Notes: a model not told the origin generated them from the sequence alone. Counted from the first letter of the stretch, positions 25,281 through 36,461 are shown. The stretch is DNA of 64,000 nt from Bigelowiella natans CCMP2755 (GCA_000320545.1 ADNK01003331.1:22577-86576), one strand, 5' to 3'. Made by a program: numbers and translations.

Positions 25281-25572
25281 GTGCGTAGTAGTAGTAGTAG
25301 TAGTAATAGCTACCTAACGAATGAAGAAATGATCCAGCCAGTTTTAACGTTCCAACCTCTAGAAAAGAACAGAAGAAGGCAGTAGAGGAGGATAACATTC
25401 AAGATACATGACAACATGATGTTTGACTATGTGTAAGACGAAGTATACCATAGTGCTAATTGAGTAGTGTATATAACATATCTGTATTATATTTATATTA
25501 TTCTACATGATTCGACTAATGGTGCTCAGATGTTCTCGGATGATTGAATGAGGAAGTCAGAGTAACACATAT

Positions 25573-25604
<32 letters not shown>

Positions 25605-26259
25605 CCTCTGGCATGATAGTATTGCAGTATAACAGTGTTGTTATTGTTGTAGTAGTAGTAGCAGTAGTAGTAGTAGTATAGTAGTAGTAGTAGTAGTAGT
25701 ATCGAAAGCACTACCAACCTATATTTCAAATAGTACTTCTAAATCAATTTGGAGAGAACATACTTTTCAATTGGAAGTTTCTTCCTAATTTTCAATCCCT
25801 GGAATATGTGGTGAGCAAGGCCTTCCGCTTGGAAGCTCTTGAGATTATTATTATTATTATCATAATTATTATTATCATGTCAAACAATAAACGACAAATT
25901 ATTCGTTGGAAACTACTGAGGTAACAATCCCACTACTTTCTACCAAAGATGACGCTTTCAATACAATACAATAATGATGCGTAAATACTAAGAGTAGCAA
26001 AACGACGTATTCTACCATGCCATCATCATCTTGGGAAGTATTTGTTTGCTACTATTAGTTATGACTAATACTACTAATAATAATGATAATAATAATAATA
26101 ATACCTCGAAATATCGTATGGATCGCATCTTACACTAAATGCTATAACTAATTATATTCTATTACCGCTTTCAATACTTCAAGATCAATAATGTGTACAT
26201 CGTTTGCAATGTCATTCATTGCATCTCGAGTCGACTGTTACAACACAACTAGAGATATC

Positions 26260-26350
26260 ATTATCGAGCCACATTCTTGCTGAAACAATGATGGTGTGCG
26301 TTAGGATTATCGAGCCACATTCTTGCTGAAACAATGATGGTGTGCGTTAG
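26260..26350. repeat. 46-bp-period tandem duplication containing a minus-strand branchpoint and acceptor
   Basis: attatcgagccacattcttgctgaaacaatgatggtgtgcgttag at 26260-26304 and 26306-26350; minus strand reads CTAAC...TTTCAG. Confidence 0.9.
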
Positions 26351-26661
26351 AGCGTTTAGAGAACAATGACAAAGATCCAACAAATCGGTCTGCATTGATT
26401 CCACTCATTCGATTCCTAGTTGTCAACAACCTTGTCGTTCTTCAAAACTTTCACTTTCGACTTATCTCCCTTGTATGTCGCCAATATTGCCTGCCTTTTC
26501 TGAGAGAAGAAGAAGAAGAAGAAGAAGCAACAGCACGCACCAACACAAAACATAAGGGAGAAAACGGAACTATTCTTGTTTTTTGCTTTACTTTCCATTC
26601 AGAAAATCTTTATTTTATTGTACTAATTATCAATGATGTATTATTCCTCGAAGCAATAATA

Positions 26662-26712
<51 letters not shown>

Positions 26713-27346
26713 CATGTACCTCATCGCTTATCTCTGGGTCAAGCAATTCACTTGGAAAACGGAAATCAGCACGGGCTACGACAAAGCCACGTCCTTTAAC
26801 CTAATAATATTAGATACGGTGAGTAGTTCTAAAGCAGCAAATGACAACGATGTGGACACGTCATCTTTCCTACTATTATTCCTCTCTACACATGCAGGCA
26901 TGTGATCCACTAAAGATATGCATGCATGCATGCCATCCTTCAATAAAGATGATATCGTTGCTGAGTAGTAAGTAGAGCTAGCTGCTTTCATCTACTACTT
27001 TACCGGGGCTGTATTGGCTTTTGGAACTACTGCTGTTTTTGACTCTCCAGGCTTTTTGAGTGAGAAAGATCTATTCCCCATTCCAAAACCTATGCGGCAT
27101 CAAGATGTGTTAGAGATACTGCTGTTATTGCTCGTATTTTGGTATTTAATGCTACATATAATAAGTAGACACTTCTACGAATGCAAGTGTGCTTTGTGTG
27201 TGTGTGTGTGTGTGTGTGTCAGCGGCAGTTGATGAGCGGTACGATGGAAGATTTGAACTATATACTACTTGTGCAGTTGTTGAACGCGTAACATTTAATT
27301 GTATGTGCGGGATGCATGCATGCTGAAATAAATTTAAAAACTAAGA

Positions 27347-27381
<35 letters not shown>

Positions 27382-27535
27382 GAAAATGCTTACCTCCCCC
27401 GAAACCACCGATTTTAGGTTTGCTGACACTTTTAGCTTTGGAGGCTTGGCCACTAATAAGTTGTTAGAAATATAACAATTGTTAGCGGAAGATAGAGATG
27501 TGGCAAATAAAATATCTTGCTAAAGGCTACTACTT

Positions 27536-27781
27536 ACTACTCACTCAGGCATACTATCTTGGTAAAGGCTACTCACTCACTCACTCACTCAAGCATTATA
27601 ATAGAGATGGATGGATCCCCATGTCAAACGGTGTGCATTTACTCACTCACTCAGGCATAATATCAGAGATGGATGGATCCCCATGTCAAACGGTGTGTTC
27701 TTACTCACTCACTCACTCAGTCACTCACTCACTCAGGCATAATATCAGAGATGGATCCCCATGTCAAACGGTGTGTTCTTT
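27536..27781. repeat. Minisatellite, ~60-80-bp unit with variable (ACTC)n
   Basis: Three copies of ...actcactcaggcataatatcagagatgg(atgg)atccccatgtcaaacggtgtg plus partial units. Confidence 0.9.
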
Positions 27782-29161
27782 CGCCTACAACAGACCAAGA
27801 AGGTGATGAGCGAAGTAGAAGTATTATCAAAGAGCGTAGTATGAGTCGTATGAGTCAAGTGACCGTTTTTGTTTAAGAAACTCTGCAGCCTATTCTCACG
27901 GGATCCCTGAGGTTATTTCACGATTTGATGGATGAATTAAGATAGGAAAGGAGCAAGTACGATGACTTGTTCTGTCTCCTTACCCCATCATTAATTGTCC
28001 AGAGGTTGCACGAGAGTTGCTTCTCCTTTTCTCCCAGCGCCCATCTGTAATAAAGATTTTGCGGAATCTTCGTCAACCAACTAACGACGATCGCAACGAC
28101 CACAGCCGTCCAATTTGTTGTTGTGATACCTCGTATGTTGGCTTATCTCTCCTAGGAGTTTCACGATGTCCTTGCGCGTAGAAATTTCATCTTTGTGCTC
28201 GGCGCTCTGTTTCTGCATTGTTATTACTACTGCTGCTGTGTTGTTGTTATCGTGGTGCCTCCTCCTCCTCCTCACAGGCTTAGGAGTATCTGACAAATCT
28301 ACTACCTACTACGACGCACGTTGGGAACTTACTTACACATTGGAATGTTCGAACAAATGGAAGAAATTTTATATCTGCGACAACGACTACAGTCCATTTT
28401 GAGAAAGAAAACACTAGAATGTGCTATGAAAGGCTACTCAGTTCCCAGTTTTCTCTCAACGTACGACACCTCAAATGTGATGTCGTTCAAATGAAAAAGC
28501 AACAGACAGCCGAAAGCTTGTGAGATCAAATGGCGGCTGGTGAAATGAACCCTGCTAGCCTGGCTAGCTGGCTTGATGGCTTGTGTCATGCTGGAAACTC
28601 TCTAGCTCTGCTCAACGTGACGTGCACGCAGCAATGACAACAGCTAGATCAAACAAATGCCATTGCAGCTGTGCCAGCCTCCTGGCCATGCCTAGATGCT
28701 GGTGTGATTGCACGCGATCGTTTGTGGAACCCGTGTGTCAATTTGCTGGACCCCAAGCTAGCAAGCGCAGCCAAACTTGAACCTTCAGCCAGCGAGCGCA
28801 GCGCTTCGAACATGCCTTGAACACGTTCTGGAGACGACATGTGAAGCATTTTCATGTGTGCGGGTGACGTGCATGCGATGCATCTAGCTGACAGCTGGGC
28901 ATGCCAGCATGCCAGCATGCTGGCTGCACCGGCCAGTCTAGCAGTGCACGTCTAGGTCCAGAGGTGTCTAGGTGTGTGTGCAATGTGTGTGTGGATCATG
29001 GAATCATGTCGCCGTGTCCATTGTGGATGACGTGATGCAGCACGTGTGAAACCTAGCAATGTGTGCACGTGTCGACGCGTGTCAAAGTGAAACACACCAG
29101 CAGCAACAGCATGGGACATGCATGGAAAAATCATTGCAATTGACATTGAAACCATCAGATG

Positions 29162-31982
29162 TCACACAAATGTCACCAAAATGCAATTGAAGTGCATCAT
29201 GCATGACAATTGCAATGCTGTCCACGGTGCTTGGGCACACTTGAGCTGATGCGCTGCGCAAAATTTTTTTCCAACGTGTCCTTTGCCGCACCACTCGCAC
29301 CAATGTTTGTGTCTACTAGAGCTGCCACTTTTGTGTGGATTGAGGAGTTTCCTGAGCTCTTGGAACCCGGCGTCTGGTGTGACATGATCACTTCGCCTGC
29401 CAAGTGTCTGAAAACAACTGTGAAAAAACGCCAAATTTTTCCGTTCAAGTGCGTCTGTCCTAGCAAATTTCAGCCCGCCTGAGCAAGCTGTCAGCTTCTG
29501 AACCTCATCAGATGAGTCATCAGAATCCACGTTTGATTCAATTGGTCCAGGATTCTCTGAAAAACAGTTGGAATGAGCAGCACTTCTTCCACATTGCTCC
29601 CCCATGTGATTGACCCAAGTGTGAGCACAAGGAGTCACAATCGTGCTAGGAAGACCCTTCATCTGCACGTCATCCACACCTGGTTCTCCATTTCCAACAA
29701 GCACACACAAACAAAAATTTTCAACACGATGATTGTCATGAATTGCACACACACGCACACGCCTCACACCACACGTGTGCATGCGCATGTTGTTCGTTGT
29801 TCTCACCCTTCTTCCATGAGCGCCTCCATGAAATCCGAATGTTCCTTCCACATTTCTTCACAAGTCAGTTCTGGCCCGTCTCCTGGCCAAACCATCAGTC
29901 TGCGATGCATTTCAACCCAGCTTCTTGCCGATTTTTGCAACAGCTCGCCTCTCCCAGGATTGACTTTGTGCAGGCGTTCGAAGTCCCATTCCTCTGAAAT
30001 CTGCAGCATCTTCGCCATTTTCGGAGTGGCCCAAGTGAATCCTCCTGCTGCTGATCCATCTTTCACCTCACACGCCTGAACTTGAACTCAGTCGTGTTGA
30101 ATGGAGCTGCTTGCAAGTCGTTTTCCATCTGTTTCATGCCCTCCTGAGGGGTGCCTGGCTCTGTGTTTGTGATGTCAGTGAACACGTGAGCTGTGATCTC
30201 ATCGTGAAGAAACCGAAACACGAGGTGCATGTTTTCACTCCAGCGACGTTCCATCGGTGCAAATGGAAGAAGATCAATGTGCTGCCTTCCATGCTCTTTG
30301 AGAGGTCCCGAGAAGCGCTGCTTTTCTGCAGCCCACTTCACAGTCATGTCCGCTCGATCCTCAGCATGACAGCAACAGCACAAGCAGTTGTGGTTTTTCA
30401 AATGGAAACCAACCACACCGTGGATGATTTTCATCCATTTTGCGTCTCCAGTGTGGTGCAGCCTCACTTTCCTCTGGCACCCTTTCCACATGAAGCCATC
30501 CTCTTGCAAGTCCTTGAGTTCAGTGAACAACGGAGTGAGACATTCTTGAAGCATCGGTCCATTTTCATTGCCAACGAGAAGCGCCAACACGCACTGTCTG
30601 TCCTCTCTGTGCATTGGGCCCTCATTGAGAATTCCAAATTGAAACGTGACAGACTTGAAAGAATTCCCTGTTCCACGCCCATCACCTTCAAGCAGTGTGT
30701 CATGCGTCGTGCAATTTTCGAGCCCTCGATGCTCAAAAATGTGCTTGAAACACTTCTCTGGATGCACCACGAAATGCTTTGCATCATGAGATGTGTCAAA
30801 CTTGGACTTTGTGGCCAAATTCATTTCACTTTGCACTTTCTTGACCGAGTGCGTGGAAGGAACAGCATGCGAGAGCATTCGAACTTCGTGGAGTTTTTTT
30901 TTGGATGGTCCACTGTCAACCAAGTGCAAAAACTTGCCAACCACATTGGCTGCTTTGGTGCCTTTTCGAAAAGCCACCTTCACGGAGCATTCTTCTTCAA
31001 CAGCGAATTCCAATGCTCCACATCCACAGAGCTGTGTGCACCATTTTTCTGCTGCCCGAGATGTCAAGCGAGAGATTTCAGATTCTGCTGCTTTCCGGCG
31101 CGCAATCAAAGCGGTGCGTTTGATTTTGGAATCATCCTTTGGCTTGCGTTTTGGACCCATGATCAAACACGAACTCCCCATTTTTTGCTTCATTGAAGAG
31201 AGCTTGGCTCGAATTTTCTTCGAAGCCCTGCCTCTGCATTTGGAACGATCTGATGCCACTTGATGGTTCTTTTGTGCAGAAGACTTCGATGCCTGGAGTT
31301 GGATGGAGAGCTGAGTGGCTTTGCTGTTGAGGGATGACAGACGCTTTTCCGACTTGGACTTCTGAGCCTTGAGCTTGGAGCTGCACAGCACCCATCGTTT
31401 TTTGTCGGCGATCGACATCTCTGACAATGCCGAGTTTCAGCACTTCTGTTTCTTTTCTGAGAGCCTCAACTTTTTCTGTGAGCTTCCTCGCTTTGGCTCT
31501 GGATGCAGTGGCTGAAGCAATGGCATCGGTGCGCTGCATCACTGTTTCCTGCTGCTCTTTTTGGGCGCGCACAAGCTCTTTTGGATTTTCAATTTTTCTA
31601 GCTGCCTCTTTGGCCGACCTTCTCTCTTTTTGCTCAGCTTCAATTCAATGTCAAGTTCGTCAGATTTTTTTTTTGCCTCATGAACCTCCGACATTGCCTC
31701 GGTGGCTTTCTCTTTCCACCTCGAAACCGCAGGGCTCGAAGAATGAAGTTCGGCTGACTTTCCACCTCGAAACCGCAGGGCTCGAAGAATGAAGTTCGGC
31801 TGACATCTTTTTTGATTTTTTTCCGGAAGCACAATTGCCATCACAGTTGTGCCTGGCACCAAGCAAAGGGTCTTCTCGTGGGTTTTCGCCATGATGTCCC
31901 TTGTGTTCGAAGGACACGATCCTTCGCAATGTCGAAATCCCGCCCGAAGCTGGGGGAACGTCTGCTCAGAATGTGCAAGCAA
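29162..31982 (-). pseudogene. RAG1/Transib-superfamily DDE transposase, frameshifted and TpA-mutated, one 113-nt intron (29806-29694)
   Basis: Ordered motifs EGDGRG (D at 30681-30683), LALLVGNE, TGDAKWM..G (D at 30444-30446), NCLCCCC (CxxC), MHLVFR, IVTPCAHTWVNHMGE (cf. RAG1 ITNYFHKTLAHVPE), DALERKN (E at 29444-29446), C-terminal CEWCGK...HQLKC finger. Frameshifts near 31760, 31560, 31420 and 30070. Confidence 0.8.
31712..31803. repeat. Exact 46-bp tandem duplication within transposase 5' region (frameshifting)
   Basis: ctttccacctcgaaaccgcagggctcgaagaatgaagttcggctga at 31712-31757 and 31758-31803. Confidence 0.9.
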
Positions 31983-32272
31983 GCGTCATGAAATCAACAA
32001 ACTGACACCGAAAACTCTGCAAACAATCAAAACACAATTCTCTTTTTCTCTCGCAAGAGAGATTGAATCGAACACTGCATTTTTGTCGAACCTTGTGTTC
32101 TCCTGCTCGAAGCAGGGAAAGCAATTTCACCAGGTTCATCGCCTCTTCCACGACCATGAGAGCCCTCCACCCCATTGCAGGCGCCTCCGAACTTTCAAGT
32201 GAAAAAAAAAATGTCAACAAGTGTTGATTCGGATGTTTTTTTTTGCGTGATTTCACCTGAGCGAATTTTCAA

Positions 32273-33136
32273 ATGAAAGACATTTGGCACAGCGGTGGGT
32301 GGGTGTTCACCCCAACGTGTCAATTCGAGCAAGCAATGAGGGGAGATGGGGCCCGAGCTCGGATTGCACGGAGCCGAGGCATCCCAAGGGCGCTTCGCCT
32401 GGCAGCAGAGCAAAGGGAAGAATCAACATTGAAAAATGCCCTGCTGTCAATTCGAAGATGCGAAAAAAAACTCCAAGCGAGGGAGAATCGTCGTCATCTC
32501 AAGCGCAGGATTTCACGCAAAACGTGCAAGACGCTTTTCGAGGAGAAACAAAGTTGCAAATGCGACAGACACGGACCAGGGGCCATGATCAACAATGCAG
32601 TGTTTGGATCACAGCAGGCATTGAAAAGATGCACCCTTGGGAAAAGAGCCACAGCTTCTTTCAGTCTTCCCATCTCGAAGGAACACTTTCTCCAACTTTG
32701 GAAAGGATGCGCGAAGGTGGAGATGATGTCCATCATGGAGAGCAATGACACAGAAGGTGTCCTGTCAGCAACCATGGATGGTGAGAGGCAATGAGACACG
32801 TCGAATGAGCTGGCAGAAGCACTTGGAATTGAGCCAAACGAGGGAAATTGGGTGATTCGCAGAATGTGTGGATTGGACCCTTTGAAGAGGAGAGATTGCA
32901 GTTGCATTCACGTTCAAAAGTCTCACGCTGATGAAAAAAACACAAAGGTGACGTGGAAGAGTCAAACACTTCGACAGATTGACATTCGAGGGACGGAAAG
33001 GGTTGCATCGAAGAGCAGAATGACATTTCGTTTTCCTGGAAACGTTGCGCCTTGCTCAACTGAATTGAATGCTGAACAAAGGCCAAAGTGTCAGGAGCTC
33101 AACGCCAAGAAAGCTGAGAAAGCTTCCAAAAGGTGA
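32273..33136 (+). pseudogene. Second transposon-borne ORF (~287 codons, one internal TGA at 32792-32794), function unknown
   Basis: ORFs 32273-32794 and 32852-33136 are in the same frame, separated by a single TGA. Protein-like composition, no Tyr, divergent from the transposase. Confidence 0.5.
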
Positions 33137-34314
33137 GTTGATTGTTGAAACTGGTCAAAGCAACATTCACCACTCAATCTGTGATGCGTTTGATCAGAAA
33201 TCGGAAGAGGAAGAAAAAATCTTCTTCGAACCAGCAGCTTGCACACATCAATGAGCATCGAGTTAGATCGTCCCAGCCTGTGGTGATGGCACCAAGTGTC
33301 AGTCAGAAGCGAAGTTTCATTGACAAAACCATCAGAGGCAAGGTTCCTGCTGCTTTTTGTGTTGCTGTGTCTGTCACAAATGAGCTCGAGGCTCAGCTCG
33401 AAGCGAACATGTGACAGCATTGCTGAGCCAGCACGCTCATGCTGATTTCTGGGCTTCCACAGCTAGCTTTGTGACCCAAACATGGCAAACATGGAGAAAT
33501 GTGATTGATGATGTGTTTCAAAACAGCTGCGCTGCGATCACATCAGCGCTGCGATCGATTTTCATGCTGCTGCGTTGCTGGTGTAGTGCTAGCGGTAGCA
33601 CAAATTGACATCCGTCGACATGTGCATGTTGCTGTCCAGCTAGCTAGCTCCAGAGCTGTGCCAGCTGTGGCTAGCTAGCTGGTGTAGCTGTGTCCGCTCT
33701 GACCAGCGTAGCTAGCTAGCATCATCTAGTCATTGCAGTCATTCCTCCATTCAGCCATCCAAATGTGGAAATCTGTGTGCTTTGTCATCATCATCATCAT
33801 CATCATCATGCATCATTGGTGCATGCGCTGGCACAATGATGGTCATCACATCTAGACATCTGTCTCGACATGTGCTCTAGCGTTTGCGCCATGCCATGCA
33901 ATGTGTGTTGATGCATGCATGAGTGACAATGGCATTGTTTTTGTGCAAAATCTTGGCGTGCTACTGTCACGTACGTGAAAATCTGTGTCATCGCACAACA
34001 TGCCAGCACTAGAACATGCGAGTATTCATCGAAGCTACATGCGCATGCACGTCACAGGCTAGCAGGTAGAGCTCACTAAAGACACAGTAAACATAATCTA
34101 GTTATGTGCATTGTGCATGTACATTGTACATGCACATGTCTACAAATGTGCCAGAGTTATTTAGGGGTGTTCGAACTGATGAATTCATCAAACAAGGGAC
34201 TGTGACAATGAGAAACAACGACATTGCAAGTAATCTTTTAAGTGTTAATAACATCATAGTTGCATGTTGCATGCGCATCTGGCCATCTACAATCAAACGC
34301 AAACCGTATCGTAG

Positions 34315-34670
34315 TTATTCTGAGTTAACAATATACTTGTCAATCCATCCGAACAAATCTTGCTCCGAAAACTGCAAATGGTTTCCCGGGGTGCTCTCGA
34401 AAGCAATTTTCCCCGATTCGTCTGCAGTTTTGAGGCCGAAGAGATCCTTGGTGTACCATTCAGTCTCCTTCATGGTAAGAACTTTCTTCCGAGCCCCATC
34501 CTCAAAGTGTCCCCACCATTCCCCTTCATTTGGGAACACCATTGTATCGCCCATAGCCTTCACCATAACGAATTTGTTTGTTTTCCCGAAGTTTTCATTG
34601 TAAGTGGCATTAGTTGTCTGACCGATTAAAAACCAAGGATATTTTCAGAATGGAATGAACGATAGGTATG

Positions 34671-34703
<33 letters not shown>

Positions 34704-36461
34704 ACAGTAGTAGTAATAATAGTCGTATAAGGACAAGTAAACGAACTACCAATCCCTCGTTATTCCAATCTGCGAGTTCAGAATATTTCTTAAACGCTTG
34801 GCTCTGTACCTGTAATCAGCAGAGCAGGGAAATTGCAAAAGATGCATGCCATTATAGAGTTATAAATTTAAGAAAGACGACGCCGGGAGCATTGCGGACT
34901 AAAGTGTGCCAGAATTAATGTGTTTTAGTGTATATAATTTGCTATTGTATCTACATTTCTGTGTAGTGTGTGTGAGTTGAAAGTGCATAATAGCTTTATG
35001 GTGACTGAATTCTACACACCCTTGTTGGATCCCGGAAATAATCAACTTGAAAGAGCATATTTTGCGTGACAGGGTTGTATGCAGCATCTCCACACGCAGA
35101 AGCAATTGCTTTGCAAATGACGTTCTTGCTGGGGTCACATTGAGGAAATCTGAGGATTAGATAAATTGTAAAATTGGGTGGACCAATAATGCTGTAATAT
35201 TATATATATATCATAATATTCATAATTCATTCAAAATTACAGCACTTCGCAAAATTTGAGTATGAATACTGAAATTTAATTTGTGTCCTTCGAGGAAAAA
35301 AAACACGGAATGTTCTTTATTTCTTGTGAATTTTCCTCATAGTGCTTACTAATACCCTGCCACTCCAGAAACAGTTCCGTGAACATGAATGACGGCATTG
35401 ACGGGAGGATCATTGTACTTTTGGATGTATCCTATGATTGAAACACATCATATTTTACTAAGCTAGTTCCTTTAGAATTCAATTTTAACCGATAGAGTGT
35501 CAAAAAATTATGGACGGTGCATTCGAATGAATCCCTGGTGTCATAAAATAAGATATGTAGAATAATAATACTTAAATCCAACATTCAGACGAATATCGAT
35601 AAGCTTTGTTGTAGCGAGAACTTGCCGTACAGCGAGACAAAATCATCGATATTTCAGTCATAGTTTGTAATATCTTGAAAAGGATACTACTATATTGATG
35701 GATTGATGCTAAAACAGGGAAAGTAATGCATTATTTCCCGTTTTTCTTCTTCTACCTCGAAGAACGCTGTTTCCTTGACTGAATCCGAATGCATTGAACC
35801 CATTTGCAAGTTTGGGGTCGGCACGGACTTTTTCTGCAAAAATCTCAACGTTCTTGTTCATGGTCATGAAAAAGCCATGGATTGTATCCGTCGGTTGGTT
35901 GTCGCCTTTACATATAGGATTCCGATTTAAATAATAATGATACCGCTGTGACGAAAACGTTAGCGATTTTTCATCTGTGCAGGTTGCGTGTCTTCCCAAT
36001 CGCTTTCGAGTTTACCCCTCCATCTAGAAAACATACCCGTTGGAATGCACGTGGAGTATACTCCTGCATGTTTTCCGGCGTCTGCAGTGATCCTTAATTG
36101 ATGTAAAATATCATTATCAGATGAAATGTTCTAGGAACATAGGAAAAGGCTTCACTCTAAGCAACCTTTTCATTCCCGGATTGAAACAGGAATCTCCCAT
36201 CCCGTGCGCGAAGACAAAGGGTAGCACGTCAGCAGCTTTGCCACCCTGCTTCTGAACTCGTGCTTCGAGTTTGTAGTTCGTTTTATTCATTGCCGGGATG
36301 TCTACAATGCTTGCGATGGGGGACGACCGAATCATTTCTGCCAACACTTCCGGCGAATGCTCCCAAAGTTCAAGAACATCAAGCAAAGGATGATGATTTT
36401 CCTCCGCAAGTTGTGCGAGGGGGAGGATTGGCAAGAGGAGGAAGGCAGGGAGAAGGTACAT
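34315..36461 (-). CDS. PPT1: Palmitoyl-protein thioesterase 1 (secretory/lysosomal alpha/beta hydrolase)
   Basis: Signal peptide MYLLPAFLLLPILPLA; FAHGMGDSCFNPGM; GFNAFGFSQGN (catalytic Ser); YIQKYNDPPV; DYFRDP; DTMVFPNEGEWWGHF; DLFGLKT; GNHLQF; stop at 34315. Confidence 0.95.

Larger units (their letters stand above)
20871..28296 (-). pseudogene. Large multi-exon hypothetical gene(s), no recognisable domain, possibly degenerate
   Basis: Many exon-like minus-strand blocks between microsatellite-filled introns (e.g. 21228-21600, 23350-23450, 24080-24170, 27985-28300). Some blocks have in-frame stops (RMWLDNDISSVL*QSTRDAMND ~26165-26280). Confidence 0.35.
29064..33626. mobile_element. RAG1/Transib-like DNA transposon relic (~4.6 kb) with two divergent genes and candidate imperfect terminal inverted repeats
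   Basis: Transposase motifs on minus strand and a second ORF on plus strand. Inverted match tgcacgtgtcgacgcgtgtcaa (29064-29085) vs ttgacatccgtcgacatgtgca (33605-33626), 19/22. Ends are less certain than the transposase call. Confidence 0.65.
28480..34010. other. TpA-erased tract 4 (largest)
   Basis: By eye a single TA (31599, in CTAG) between 29649 and 33263; CTAG-rich flanks. CpG is retained. Confidence 0.9.

Noticed and set aside
27536-27781. CRISPR-like repeat/spacer array
   Set aside because: Units are whole tandem copies with no unique spacers; eukaryotic context and no cas genes.
29162-33136. Alternative genetic code or codon bias to explain the absence of Tyr
   Set aside because: TA is missing at all codon positions, in the intron and in non-coding flanks, and neighbouring host genes use Tyr, TAA and TAG normally.
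32273-33136. RAG2-like gene (ProtoRAG)
   Set aside because: No visible kelch or PHD pattern, and the orientation is divergent rather than convergent.
28583-33608. Dense overlapping long ORFs in all six frames (e.g. 30111-31196 +, 361 aa), suggesting overlapping genes
   Set aside because: Loss of TpA removes TAA and TAG stops on both strands. Only the minus-strand transposase frames and possibly 32273-33136 look protein-like.
28480-34010. CpG-methylation decay or classical RIP as the cause of the TG/CA excess
   Set aside because: CpG is abundant in the tract and TpA is missing; RIP would enrich TpA.
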